A stretch of DNA of 64,000 bases from Eledone cirrhosa (taxonomy: Eukaryota): assembly GCA_964016885.1 (NCBI GenBank), contig OZ024744.1:67456001-67520000 (forward strand). Reading direction: 5' to 3'. Of the stretch, positions 28,820 through 42,857 are shown piece by piece; position 1 is the stretch's first letter, and every line of letters begins with the position of its first letter. The notes beneath the pieces are model-generated. The model was not told where the DNA came from. It ran no database searches and saw only the letters and a program-made list of their open reading frames with translations. Both the position numbers and the translations under genes were made by a program.

Positions 28820-30095
28820 TACTGATGACCAGGTCTTCATCAACACAGCATAGCACCAATCCTCATTGTCCTTTGTCATCTATGTTGTGAGGTTTAGTTT
28901 CTTAAGGTTGGTCTTCACTAACACATCCCAAGTTTTCCTGGGTCTGCCTCTTCTATGGGTCCCAGCCACTGGGATGTCTCTGAATTTCTTTATGCAACTA
29001 CCAATTTCCAAATGCATCACATGTCCATACAAATGCAGTCTTCTCTCCTACACACTACATCCAATTCCTCTTAAGCTGAGTTTTTCTCTCAGTTCACTTA
29101 TGCTACTTCATTCATGCACACTAGCACTGCCAGATTTAGGACAAATGAGGCTATGTGTTAGTTAAGTTATGAGGCCCCATACTGCAGTAGGAAAGCTTGG
29201 TAATATTTTTTTCTTTTTGCAGGAAGATGGGCCCCTCTGGCCAACAGAGCCCAGTGCTTAAACACACCTAAACACAATGGTTAATCCAGCACTGCACACT
29301 TCATTTCACATCCATTGGAGCATACTCACTTTGCTTCCTTCCAGTCTTCGCAGATCTTTTGCAATCAAAGTTCTTGTTTCACTGCCACATAGCATTGAAG
29401 TTTACACATAGGCATCACATAGTCCACCACCTTCACTTTGAGAGAAAGCCCTCTGTTGTCAACCAAGATAGTAGCTCCTTAAACTTCTTCCAATTGTTCT
29501 TATCCTGACTATCACACATTCAGTACATCCTCCCCCATTGCTAATTTGGTCAACAACTTCCAAGGAGCCTCCTTGGCATCTCTGATTATTTATTTCATTG
29601 AGCTCTTAGTGCTTACTTCTCCTGTGCATCTGCTTCATGCAAAATATATATTTTCTGTTAATCTGCCTGCAATTCCATTAGATCTCTTGTGCATCCATAG
29701 ATTACATTGGCATTTTGACACCCTCTCTTTTCTGAAATATTGAAGAAAACCCCTTCCCTGATGGTATCAGCCTTCTGTCCTTGATCCTACTTATTAAGAC
29801 TTTCATCTTTGCTAAATTTATTTAGGCCTTTCACCACTAGGTTCTTTTTACATGCCTGAAATTTTGCTTCTAACTCTCAGCTATAAGGACTAGGTCATCA
29901 GCTTATAAGAGTTTTAAACTCCTCAGTGATAGGTAGAAGGACTGAAAGGACAGAAATGGATTGAGCCTTGGTGGATGCCCACCTCCACATTAAAATCATC
30001 ACTATACTCATTACCAACGCTCACTTTGCTGGCTGCACCTTCATCCATGGTTTGCACAGCTCTCACAAGCCATATAGCATTCTGAGTGCCCACCA
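28820..30095 (-). mobile_element. Decayed RTE LINE fragment interrupted by a small TIR element (~29125-29295)
   Basis: WLVRAVQTM..GAASKVSVGNEYSDDFNVEVGIHQGS; 3' region similar to other RTE copies. Confidence 0.75.
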
Positions 30096-30244
30096 TATTA
30101 CAGAGCATGTATATATATATATAATGTAAAGACTCCCTTGGTTACAAATCCTCATGAGCCTTGCACCAAGAAAGGTTATTTGTTGAAGACCAGCATTTGC
30201 CATGTATACCAATCTCACTCTCTCCACGCCACTGATATTGTCCA

Positions 30245-30430
30245 AGGGAAAGGCAAATGCCGATACAGCTTGGCACCGGTGATGTCACAACTCATTTCTA
30301 CAGCTGAATGAACTGGAGCAATGTGAAATAAAGTGTCTTGCTCAAGTACACAATGTATTGCCCAATCTGAGAATTGAACTCACAACCTCACAATTGCAAG
30401 CCCAGTACTCTAACCATTAAGCCATGCACT
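30245..30430 (-). mobile_element. tRNA-derived SINE (family B)
   Basis: Reverse complement of the 38360 SINE (cttgagcaagacactttatttcacattgctccag). Confidence 0.72.
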
Positions 30431-30435
30431 TATAT

Positions 30436-30467
<32 letters not shown>

Positions 30468-30629
30468 CCATTTAATGTCTACATTTCCATGCTGGCTTGG
30501 GTTAGACGAGTTATCCTGTTGTGAGCAATGCCAGGTCAGGTGACCATGTCTTGCTTGTACAGAACTGAGTATATATACCCAGGCAAGCATGGAAAAGCAG
30601 ACATAAAAACAATGATGATGATGATGATG

Positions 30630-30664
<35 letters not shown>

Positions 30665-31574
30665 CGCGCACGTGTGTATGTACAGGCATGATTGTGGGAA
30701 TTGTGGTTTCAGGTTCAGTCCCAGTGTGTGGCATTTTGGGGTAAAAATGTTCTTTACTATAGCTTTAGGTTGACTAATGTCCTGTAAGTGAAATTTGGTA
30801 GATAGAAGTAGGGCAAATGCTCATTATGTGTGCGCCTGTGTGTGTGTGTGTCTGTGTGTGTGTGTGTGTGTGTGTGATTGTCTGTCTGTCTGTGAGTGTG
30901 CATGCATCCATGCCTATGTTTATATTTACTGTTTGTCTATGTCTTGCAATGTATGAATTTGACAAATAGAGATTGATATTGATGACTTAAATTACCAAAC
31001 TATAAAAAATAAATTACCAGGGTCGATATGATAGACTAAATTCCTTGAACGTGATGCTCCAGCTTGGCTGCAGCCTAATGACTGAAAGTAGTAAAAGATT
31101 AAAAGAAATAAAAGAATATATATTTTTTATAATTATCCTCTGATATAAAGGCAAGCTGAAGGAGAATGTGATGCACATAAAATTGACTGAATTTTCTCAC
31201 CTCTTTCTGTTCAAATGAGCCATAACTGGCCACTCATACTGATGTTAAGATATTGTTCTCAAAATAAATAATATCAAAATCTCACAGATTTGATATTATG
31301 TGAGGTAAAGCCTTTACCATGAAAATAGTATATATAGAGTAATGTAAATGGTAATGGGTTAAAGATATGTTGTTAGTAGTAGTGGAAGTGCCATGATAAA
31401 GCATCCCTGGCTCACGTATGTAATACATGTGGGGTTATTTTATAGAAAAATTTAAAGATAGATTGTTAGATTCTAGTGGCAGTGCCATGATAAAATACAC
31501 CTGGTACATGTATGTAATACATGTGGGGTTATTTTATAGAAATTTTAGAAAATAGATTGATAGGTGGTAGTGGC

Positions 31575-31830
31575 ACATAGTGAAAGCACATGGCCTAGTG
31601 GTTAGGGTATTGGACTCACAATCATAATGTCATCGGTTTGATTCCCAGGCTGGGTTGTATGGTGTGTTCTTGAGTAAAACACTTAATTTCACGTTGCTCC
31701 AGTAAACTCAGCTGTAAATGAGTACCAGCAATAGCTAGGGTTTGACACTGTAATGGACAGGCATCCTATCCAGGAGGGAGTGTTGTACTCTCAGTTGCTT
31801 CAGGCCATGAAACCGGGATAAGCACCAGTT
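31575..31830 (+). mobile_element. tRNA-derived SINE (family B)
   Basis: A box tggcctagtgg, B box ggtttgattccc, body gtgttcttgagtaaaacacttaatttcacgttgctccag. Confidence 0.75.
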
Positions 31831-32057
31831 CAAAGTGCTTTTTGCAAAGCACAAGAGTGTGGATGCATCCATGTTAGTGGCAGTGCCATGATAAAATACC
31901 CTTCGTACAAGCCTGTGGAGTGGTATTACGAAGGACATCCAGTTGTAGAAACCATGCCACAGTGGAACTTAAGAATGACACACTATCATCTGACTTGTCT
32001 AGTCTCAGAACATGACAACTAGTCTAACCAATGTAAGCATGGAAAATAGATCTCAAA

Positions 32058-32194
32058 GAGTGGTGGTGGTGGTGGTGGGGAGGAGGGGGAGAAGGAGGAG
32101 GAGGAGCATGGTGGTGATGATGGGGAGGAGGAGGAGAATAGTGATGATGAGGACGATGATAATGATGATGATGATGATGATAATAATGATGATA

Positions 32195-32227
<33 letters not shown>

Positions 32228-32375
32228 GTGATGAGGAGGAGCATGATGATGACGATGATGACAATGACAATGATGACAATGATGATGGGGAGGAGGAGGA
32301 TAATGATAATGTTGATAGTGATGATGACGATGATAATTATGATGAGGAGGAGGAGGAGGAAGTGGAAGAGGAGGA
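32058..32375. repeat. Imperfect (GAT/GAG/GGT)n trinucleotide tract
   Basis: Directly visible; follows an RTE-like 3' end. Confidence 0.9.
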
Positions 32376-34689
32376 AAACTTCAAGATTCTCTTTGTTTAT
32401 TCTAAAAAAAAAAATAATAATAATAAAAATAAAATAAATGAAACGCTGTGACAGACTCAATAGTTAGTAGTTAGAATCAAACTTCAGAATCCATCAATTC
32501 TTTTATGTATTCTTGTGTCAAACCATGTATATATAAATAGGTATAGAAGAAACTTATAGACAATATAGAAAAGAAGAAAGTGCACATATGACATTATAAG
32601 CTAATATGACAATATAAACTAAAGAAATATTTAGATAGAAAATGAGAATATCTTAAAAGATTAAATTCCTCATTATCTTTTCCACGGCAGATCATAAACC
32701 CATTAGATGTCATTTTCAGCATTTTGGTACAATAAGTAGCTTATTAGTCTAAGAAGTGAATGTCAAAGCTCTTTCAAAGAATGTTAAATCATGACTTTCT
32801 GCCAAGTAATATTGCCGGTAAATTCTTCTTACCATATAATATAGAATGCATCTTGAGATTAAAAGGGAATTAAATTAAAATGTAGCTTCTGTAATAGGAA
32901 ACTTATAATTCTAAATGGAACCTTGAAATAATAATCTGTTGATTTTAAAATGTTTATGATTAGAACTATATGGTTCACAGAAGTGGAGAAATACAGAGCA
33001 AAGTTGAATGCCATTCAAGGCACTGGCAAGAAATACTGAATAACAGAAATACAATCAGATAGTTCTCTGAATTAAATTGTCAACATTAAGCAATACAACA
33101 AATTTGCTGAGGCAGAATAAAAGGTGACATAGATATTTTCTTTATATAAAAAAAAAATCAAAAACAAAAAAAAATTGTAATATGCTATAATTACTTTTTG
33201 ACAAAGTAAGATATGTGAGAGCCATATTAAAATAAGCTATTTGCCATGATAACAGTAAATGCTGGGTGAACAATATCTGGACTGGCATAATATCTAAATA
33301 TAATTGATAGAAACTTGACAGGGATAGTATTGTAACCATCTCACAACTTTTAACCCGTTACCTTTCATCATTTTTCTAAGATTGGCATCCAGATTTTGTG
33401 GAAAATGCTTAATCCCAGTTTTCAGTTAGAGAAGAAAGAAAAATGCAATAATGCTTAACCCTAGTTATTGTATCATATTTCCAAAGAAATACCATATATA
33501 TAAGCTGAAAAATATATGACAAGAAAATCAATAGTAAAATAAGGGGGCCACTTATACTCGAGGTCAATATTTTTGCTGATTTTCACCAACTTCAAAATTC
33601 TATTTAAATGAGGTGCTAAAATATTTTCGTTTTAGAGGTAAACATTACACTGGTTTTATTTTGGATGTGAAATTTGTATTTCTTATTGTTTTTTATATGT
33701 TTTCAATGAATATGACCTTCAAAATAGTTGAAATTTGGTAAAAAATCATTATGTAATGGAGTTGTGAAACAATAACAATGCTCTAAATGACACTTAAAAC
33801 TTTTTAAATATCAAAATATTAAAACTTCATAAATAAAATCTCCAGTCGTGAGAATTTCAAAACCACACCATCTAAACATAATGTGTTGATTACCTGCCTA
33901 GGTTTATAAACAGGGTTTGGATTTTTGCTTATTTCTCAGACATAAAATGGGGGTTTGGCTTATATTTAGAGTAGCTTATATTCGAATATATATGATAAAT
34001 AATAAAGGATTTTAAGGGGTTTACTAAAATTATTAATCATTTCACCATAAAGATGATATTTGTAACATAACATAAAAAATTTTTATATCAAATTATGTTG
34101 CAAAATTTTTAGTTAAATAGGAATCCTTTATAAAAGGTGTTTTTGTTTCTCAGAACTAGAAGTGGTTTGGGGCAGGTTAGTATCAAAAGGGTTAAGTATT
34201 AAATTTTTGTATTTTTCTATTATTCTTGTAACTCTTAGTAATTTAAATAAATAAAAAATAATTCTCTTCTAAGTGTAAATAATTTAATAGAAATATATAG
34301 TAGTAATCCAATATGAAAACCAAGCCTAAATGAGATCTAAACAGAAATTTGTTTTTCACCTGTTCCTCATTTACTCTACCAAAAATATTATATTCACCTT
34401 TGGGATAGATAAACCAGTTGCCAAATCCTTCCTTCTGCTGTATTAATTAAAAAAAAAATTAGTTTCAGTTTTCTTATTTCCTGTAATAGCTTCAATTAAC
34501 TTCTTGATCTACAGATAAAACTGCCATTCATATCTTCTCTTATCTTTCTTCATATTACATGCTGTTTTAATGGGTTTTTCTCTTGTTGTTGTAGTTGTTG
34601 TTGTTATTGTTGTTGTTGTTGTTCTTTCATATTTCTGTACTGTATCATTAGTTAAATTACAGGTAATATGAGTAATATCATATGTACCT

Positions 34690-36943
34690 CATGTCATACT
34701 GTATGTGATATCATATGTAACATTACATGTAGTATTGTGTGTGATATTATATGTAACATTACATGTAATGTTGTGTGTGATATCATGTGTAACATTACAC
34801 GTAGTATTGTGTGTGATATATTATGTAACATTACATGTAGTATTGTGTGAGATATCTTATGCAACATTACATGTATGTGTGTGTGTGATATATTATGTAA
34901 CATTGCATGTGGTGTTGTGTGTGATACCTTGTATAACATAACATGTAACATTGTGTGTGATATCATGTGTAACATCACATGTAATATTGTGTGTAATATC
35001 ATATGTAACATTCCATGTAGTGATGTGTATGTGATATCATATGTAACATTATATGTAGTGTTCTGTATGTGATATCATATGTAACATTACATCTAGTGTT
35101 CTGTATGTGATATCATATGTAACGTTACATCTAGTGTTCTGTATGTGATATCATATGTAACATTACATCTAGTGTTGTGTATGTGATGTCATATGTAACA
35201 TTACATCTAGTGTTCTGTATGTGATATCATATGTAACATTACATGTAGTGTTCTGTATGTGATATCATATGTAACATTACATCTAGTGTTCTGTATGTGA
35301 TATCATATGTAACATTACATGTAGTGTTCTGTATGTGATATCATATGTAACATTACATCTAGTGTTCTGTATGTGATATCATATGTAACATTACATCTAG
35401 TGTTGTGTATGTGATGTCATATGTAACATTACATCTAGTGTTCTGCATGTGATATCATATGTAACATTACATCTAGTGTTCTGTATGTGATATCATATGT
35501 AACATTACATCTAGTGTTGTGTATGTGATGTCATATGTAACATTACATCTAGTGTTCTGCATGTGATATCATATGTAACACTACATCTAGTGTTCTGTAT
35601 GTGATATCATATGTAACATTACATATAGTGCTGTGTATGTGATATCATATGTAACATTACATCTAGTGTTGTGTATGTGATGTCATATGTAACATTACAT
35701 CTAGTGTTCTGTATGTGATATCATATGTAACATTACATCTAGTGTTGTGTATGTGATGTCATATGTAACATTACATCTAGTGTTCTGTATGTGATATCAT
35801 ATGTAACATTACATCTAGTGTTCTGTATGTGATATCATATGTAACACTACATCTAGTGTTCTGTATGTGATATCATATGTAACATTACATCTAGTGTTGT
35901 GTATGTGATGTCATATGTAACATTACATCTAGTGTTCTGTATGTGATATCATATGTAACATTACATCTAGTGTTCTGTATGTGATATCATATGTAACATT
36001 ACATCTAGTGTTCTGTATGTGATATCATATGTAACATTACATCTAGTGTTCTGCATGCGATATCATATGTAACATTACATCTAGTGTTCTGCATGTGATA
36101 TCATATGTAACACTACATCTAGTGTTCTGTATGTGATATCATATGTAACATTACATATAGTGCTGTGTATGTGATATCATATGTAACATTACATCTAGTG
36201 TTGTGTATGTGATGTCATATGTAACATTACATCTAGTGTTCTGTATGTGATATCATATGTAACATTACATCTAGTGTTGTGTATGTGATGTCATATGTAA
36301 CATTACATCTAGTGTTCTGTATGTGATATCATATGTAACATTACATCTAGTGTTCTGTATGTGATATCATATGTAACACTACATCTAGTGTTCTGTATGT
36401 GATATCATATGTAACATTACATCTAGTGTTCTGTATGTGATATCATATGTAACACTACATCTAGTGTTCTGTATGTGATATCATATGTAACATTACATCT
36501 AGTGTTGTGTATGTGATGTCATATGTAACATTACATCTAGTGTTCTGTATGTGATATCATATGTAACATTACATCTAGTGTTCTGTATGTGATATCATAT
36601 GTAACATTACATCTAGTGTTGTGTATGTGATATCATATGTAACATTACATCTAGTGTTCTGTATGTGATATCATATGTAACATTACATCTAGTGTTCTGT
36701 ATGTGATATCATATGTAACATTACATCTAGTGTTCTGTATGTGATATCATATGTAACATTACATCTAGTGTTCTGCATGTGATATCATATGTAACATTAC
36801 ATCTAGTGTTGTGTATGTGATATCATATGTAACATTACATCTAGTGTTGTGTATGTGATGTCATATGTAACATTACATCTAGTGTTCTGCATGTGATATC
36901 ATATGTAACATTACATGTAATTCTGTGTGTGATATCGTATGTA
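34690..36943. repeat. Tandem satellite, 38-bp unit (36-bp units at the left edge), ~59 copies
   Basis: gtgatatcatatgtaacattacatctagtgttctgtat. Confidence 0.97.
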
Positions 36944-37102
36944 AGGCAGTGAATTGACAGAGTTGTTAGAACATCAGATAGAATGCTTTGCAGTATTTGT
37001 TTCAGCTCTCTGCTCTCTGAGTTCAAATCTCGCTGAGGTTTACTTTGCCTTTCATCCTTTCATGGTCGATAAAACAAAGTATCAGTCTAGTACTGGGGTC
37101 AA
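36944..37102 (+). mobile_element. tRNA-derived SINE (family A)
   Basis: ggcagtgaattgacagagttgttag...gagttcaaatc...gtcgataaaacaaagtatcag. Confidence 0.72.
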
Positions 37103-37689
37103 TTGTTCCTCTATATCTCTTTTTCACTTCCTTTCCCTCACTCTATCCTTCTCTGGAAGAAATCTACTGTATTCAGACTTTGAGAAGGGATGTGCTCTGC
37201 CAGGTTTTAAAAAAATACCCTTGAGATTATAACTGATAGGGTTACTTGACGTGCTAGAAATAGTTGCTGAACCTCCTTCAACTCACAACCTATTCTTTAA
37301 AAGAAAAAGATCTATGCATTAAATAATCTTAATCCTAGGTACCCATAAGAAAACTTTAATGCTTATGGATCAAATGGCTTTGTTCATGGCCTGTTGAATC
37401 ACAATTGATCTGTGCCTGGCTAATTTTTGATCTTTTGAGAATAGTGAATCAACCTTCAGGATTTACATGTAACACACTAATTTTATTTATTGAATATATC
37501 ATGTAAATATAGTTCAATAGAAAAAGATAAAAAAAAGAAAATTTAGATTGAGAAGAATGGAATGTAAAATAGGAAAATATAAAGAAAAAAGAGAAAAAAA
37601 AAAAACGAAAAGGGAGGGAATGGCAAGAACTCTAGTGTCACAGAAGAATGGGGAGGGGGAGGGTGTTTGGGCTCTTGGCCTAGGGCACG

Positions 37690-37930
37690 GCAGTAAAGGG
37701 GCTGTGCCCCATGGACAAAACTGCAAAAGCATTCCCACAGACAACGGCCAGTGACACTCACTGCAACAGCCACCCCACCTCGTGGGACTCCTTCCTCAGG
37801 TTGGCTACTGATGTTCCGATCTTGCAGAGGAGCTTGGTAGTACGGGGTCCAAGTATGCCTGATGTCTCCACGGTGATTGGTGCGAAGAGGAAGCAGCCAG
37901 ACAATCCCTAGTATTTGTTGTATGCACCTT
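37690..37930 (-). mobile_element. Remnant of the C-terminal restriction-like endonuclease of a CRE-type non-LTR retrotransposon
   Basis: Hand translation: NKY*GLSGCFLFAPITVETSGILGPRTTKLLCKIG...EVGWLLQ*VSLAVVCGNAFAVL fits the F.P..VET.G..GP...QR.S.A..RGNA pattern of RLE domains. Confidence 0.7.
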
Positions 37931-38015
37931 GCAGGAGTTAACATAAAACTACATTTTTTATCCAGTACATCCAATTTAGTAGTCTTGCTGTTGTAAAGAA
38001 AAGAAAATTAGAACG

Positions 38016-38047
<32 letters not shown>

Positions 38048-38359
38048 GGAGAGGGAGAGAGAGAGAGAGAGAGAGAATCTGTAGTAGCATGAGTGATTGT
38101 ATCAGGGGTGTGATGTTGTATGGCAGCAGTAGCATGCAGGGAGGGGAGTGAAGTGGCTGCAATGACCCCAGGCATCCAGATTCAGGTGAGTAGTGGGGAT
38201 ATCTAACCGAAGGGTCACTAACACAAGCTTCTCCATTCAATACAGCTACTGAGTGCAATACCCATATAAATTTCTCAAGTGCGCATCCAAAACCTGTGTT
38301 TAACTTTCCACCCTGATTAAAAAAAAATGAGACATTTATTAACTTGATATTTGATGTTT

Positions 38360-38680
38360 AGGCATGAAAGCGCATGGCTTAGTGGTTAGAGCATTGGGCT
38401 TACAATCGTGAGGTTGTGAGTTCGATTCTCGGACTAAGTGATGAGTTGTTTCCTTGAGCAAGACACATTATTTCATGTTACTCCAGTTCACTCAGTTGTA
38501 GACATGAGTTGTGACATCACTGGTGTCAAGCTGTATCAGCCTTAGCCTTTCCCTTGAACAACATCGTTGGCGTGGAGAGGGGAGACTGGTATGCATGGGT
38601 GACCGTTGGTCTTCCACAAACAACCTTACCTGGACTTGTGACTCGGAGGGGAACTTTCTAGGTGCAAATCCATGGTCATT
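38360..38680 (+). mobile_element. tRNA-derived SINE (family B)
   Basis: gcgcatggcttagtggttagagc...gagttcgattctc...ccttgagcaagacac. Confidence 0.8.
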
Positions 38681-39218
38681 GCTGTTTATTCTCGGTCAAA
38701 TGTGGGCAATGATGTGTATGCTTATGGATTAGCACATTATTTGAGGTGATCAACACGCAGCATAAAATATTAGTTTTACACTCATACTGTCCACATATCA
38801 CATTTCTCAGTATTAGACCCTATACTTTTAACGTTGAAAGAGATAGAAAGCTAAACAATACAAAATTGACTGTAAGATGAGGTTACGAAAAGTAAGTTAT
38901 CTGGTAATCTTTGTTTTGTTTTGTTGTTGTTGTTCTTTTTTCTGTCTTCTTCAGGGTCTAAGGAACTTTCCAATTTCCTCGCTTTGGGATTAAATTTTGA
39001 TTTTGATTTAAAATTTTCCAAGAGTTTTTATGGTTATTTCGCTCTTCGTGAGAATGACATCTATTGCCAATATAGTATTTCGCGGAATCAATTTTCTTTT
39101 AGTCTTAGTAGTATACAATGAAGGAGTTGGCTCCAGGAATTATTAAAACTTTGTTAACCAGTGTATAGTAGTGGAGAGAGTTAGAGAGAAAGAGAGAGAG
39201 AAAAAAGAGAGAGAAGGA

Positions 39219-39267
<49 letters not shown>

Positions 39268-39620
39268 AGAGGGAGAGAGAGGGGGGCAGGCAGAGAGAGA
39301 GGCAGAATTTGGGATAAGCTACTTGAAGAAAAAGGATTTTAATTGGTGAGTTGTATGCTTTCCTGGTAAGGCATATGTATTGCATAAACACATGTATTGT
39401 ATATACATATAGATGTGCATATATGTGTATGCATATGCATATATACACTTATGTGTGTATACACATATGTGTTTGTATACATATGTTTATACAATTCAAA
39501 TTCAAAAGATATATTTAAAAAGAGAGAGAAAGAATCATTTATCGTTTCAGTATCACATAGTATTTTGTAGACATATATAATACAAATAATATTCAGAAAA
39601 AGGTCCATTGAACTTATTTC

Positions 39621-40099
39621 ACCCTTTAGCATTTAAACCGGCTGTGTCCGGCTAGAACGCTCTCCCTTCTTTCTGTTCAAACTTGCTGTAACTGGCCACT
39701 TATACTTACATTAAGGTATTGTTCTCAAAATAAATACTTTCAAAATCTCATAGATTCGATATTATGTGAGATAATTATGTGAAATAAAGCCTTCACTGTG
39801 AAAATACAATAGTATATATAGAGTAATGTACATGATAAAGAGTTAAAGAGAAACATAGTTATCATACATATTAACCCTTTAGCATTTAAACCGGCTGCAA
39901 CCAGCCAGAATTTTCTTATCTCTTTCTGTTCAAACCGGCCATAACTAGCCACTCATACTTATGTGAAGGTATTGTTCTCAAAATAAACAATATCAAAATC
40001 TCATAGATTCAATACAATGTGAGATAATTGTGTGAAATAAAGTGTTTGCCGTGAAAATATAATAGTAAATATAGAGTAATGTAAATGGTAAAGGGTTAA
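39621..40099. mobile_element. Two tandem copies of a piggyBac-type MITE (~220 bp each)
   Basis: Second copy 39875-40095: TTAA-ccctttagcattta...taaatggtaaaggg-TTAA; related copies at ~17650-17860 and ~31200-31362. Confidence 0.8.
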
Positions 40100-40301
40100 A
40101 TATATTTTGATACTTTAACATTATGTATGTTTAAGTAAGTACATAAGTATACATATATCTATGTAAACACATGTAAACTTATAAACCAAACAGTCTCGGA
40201 TAACTGAACTTATATATGAAACCATCTAGTAAAAGATTATATCATAACAGTTACTTTTTTTTGTTTTTGTTTCATTTTACATTTGTTATGACATAGTAAC
40301 A

Positions 40302-40460
40302 GGCGGCAAATTGGCAGAGTTGTTAGAATGTCAAATAGAATGCTTTGTAGTATTTATTTCAGCCCTCTGCTTTCTGAGTTCAAATCCAGCTGAGATCAAC
40401 ATTACCTTTCATCCATTCATGGTCGATAAAAAATAATACCAGTCAAGTACTGGGGGTTGA
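40302..40460 (+). mobile_element. tRNA-derived SINE (family A)
   Basis: Close match to 36944-37102, including downstream flank. Confidence 0.72.
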
Positions 40461-40681
40461 TTCTTTCTCTATATTTCTTTCCTACTTCCTTTCTCTCACT
40501 CTCTCTATCCTTCTCTGGAAGAAATCTACTGTATTCAGGTCTGGAGAGGAGATGGGTTCTGCTAAGAGTGATGTTGTGATAATGTAGTGTTAAACTGGGT
40601 AACAAATTAATGTCTCCTACCCAAGAACAGGTGCAGTCTATGTATCAAACAGACTTCCACATAGCTCCTGTCTACCTATTG

Positions 40682-41072
40682 CAAAGTGCCACAAAGTGCC
40701 ACAAAGTGCCACAAAGTGTCACAAAGTGTCTCAAAGTAAAGTACAACAAAGTATCACAGAGTGTCACAAAGTACCACAAAGTGCAGCAAAGTGTCACAGA
40801 GTGTCACAAAGTGTCACAAAGAGTCATAAAGTATTGCAGAGTGTCACAAAGTGTTACAAAGTGCAGCAAAGTGCAGCAAAGTCTCACAGTGTCACAAAAT
40901 GTTGCAAAGTGCCACAAAGTGCCACAAAGAGTCACAAAGTGTTGCAAAGTTCTACAAAGCACAAAGTACCACAGAGTGTCACAAAGTACCACAGAGTGGC
41001 ACAAAATGTCACACAGTATCGCAAAATGTCACAAAGTGCCGCAAAGAGTCACAAAGTGTTGCAAAGTGCCAC
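40682..41072. repeat. 10-bp minisatellite (gtgccacaaa/gtgtcacaaa variants)
   Basis: Directly visible. Confidence 0.92.
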
Positions 41073-41244
41073 TTCAGTAAGATTGAACCAATAGCAATAT
41101 GATTGTGAACTTCTTAGCTGAGTCACATAGTCATGACTTGTATTCAGAGAGGCCATAGTTCCATAGTTGTATAATTTATTTATACCATAAACAATTCAGA
41201 AAAAAACCATGTAAGCACGGAGTAGAATAATGGACATTAAACGC

Positions 41245-41280
41245 TGATGACAATGATGATGATGATGGTGGTGGTGGTTG

Positions 41281-41314
<34 letters not shown>

Positions 41315-41946
41315 GATAATGATGATGATAATGTTGATGATAATGATGGTGATGGTAATAGTGGTGATGGTAGTGGTGGTGATGGTGTTGATGGTAGTGG
41401 TGGTGGTGGTGGTGGTGGTGGTGGTGATGGTGGTGATGGTGGTGATGGTAGTGGTGGTGGTAGTGGTGTTGGTGGTGATGGTGGGGTGATGATGATGATG
41501 ATGATGATGATGGTGATGGTGATAGTGGTAATGGTTGTGGTGGTGATGGTGGTGATGGTGGTGATGGTGGTGGTGGTGGTGGTGATGGTAGTGGTGGTGG
41601 TGGTGGTGATGGTGGTGATGGTAGTGTTGGTGGTAGTGGTGTTGGTGGTGATGGTGGGGTGATGATGATGATGATGATGGTGATGGTGATAGTGGTAATG
41701 GTTGTGGTGGTGATGGTGGTGATGGTGGTGATGGTGGTGATGGTGGTGGTGGTGGTTGTGGTGGTGATGGTGATGGTGATACTGGGTGTGGTGGTGGTGG
41801 TGGTGGTAGTGATGGTGATGGTTGTAGTGGTGGTGGTGGTGGTGGTGGTGATGGCAGTGATGTTAGTGGTGGTAGTGGTGATGGTGTTGGTGGTGGTGGT
41901 GGTGGTGGTGGTGAGGGTGATGATGATAATGATGATGATGATAATA
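41245..41946. repeat. Imperfect (GAT/GGT)n tract
   Basis: Directly visible; begins after the RTE-like end atggacattaaacg. Confidence 0.92.
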
Positions 41947-42857
41947 AGGTCTTCTGTTGAATACTTCAAACATGGAAACTGGAAAGCCCCTCTTTTTCTT
42001 TTTCTTTCTTTCCTCCTCCTGTTTTCTCTCTCCTTCTCTCTCTGTCTCTCTCTCTCTCACTCACTCACTCACTCTCCCTGTATCAGCCCCCTTTTTTTTT
42101 TAATGGGATCTAATCAGTGTAAAGTAGTAACCACCAAACTAATAAACAAACACTTGCATAATTACGTATCAGCAAAACAACACTGACACTAAATGAAACA
42201 AGATGCAATTATATGGGAGCCTGCTGCAGCATGGCCTGAATGCTTAACTTTTCATCGACCTAATATAACACACACACACACACACACACATACGCATACA
42301 TATACACAATGAATGAATCAATACCTAACCAGAATTTTATGATTAAAGTCCAAAGATAAAGATGAGAGGAGAGAGAAAACAACATTTCCTGTGTGTGTGT
42401 TTGTGTTAACAGGCATTTTAAAAAATAAAATATTTTTTAGGAATCTTGTTAAACCCACCTAATTTTACAGCTGTGCATGGTTAGATGAAGACTGATGTGG
42501 GTACTTTATGTGGTGGAGAAACTTTGTATGATGCAGTGCATATATATATATATATATCAAAATGCACTGCATATATATATATCAAAATGCAGTGCATATA
42601 TATATATATCAAAATGAATTAACGGAGTCAGAAACTCGCGTTAGTCCCTGTAATTCATGAGCTCAAAGGGAAAAGAATCCCCGGGCTCTTCAAATATAAT
42701 ATAGAGAAGAAAACACACTAGAGAGTGTACGTGTGTTTATCAAGTTACAGGGATTACCACTAGTGTATGGAACCTATAAACTAAGAAAGGTGAGGTAGAT
42801 ACATTATAATTAAAAATATAAATTAGAATGAATTAACCCACCTCTATAACTATATAT

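Noticed and set aside
34690-36943. CRISPR-like array (38-bp, partly palindromic repeats)
   Set aside because: Units are contiguous with no unique spacers, there are no cas genes, and the context is eukaryotic
37543-37974. 143-aa minus-strand ORF as a host exon
   Set aside because: An overlapping frame matches a retrotransposon endonuclease, which explains the GC-rich segment
38360-38435. tRNA gene
   Set aside because: A and B boxes run into a multi-copy SINE body; no clean cloverleaf
40610-41094. Cys/Lys/Val-rich repetitive ORFs
   Set aside because: Product of a 10-bp minisatellite that is open in several frames
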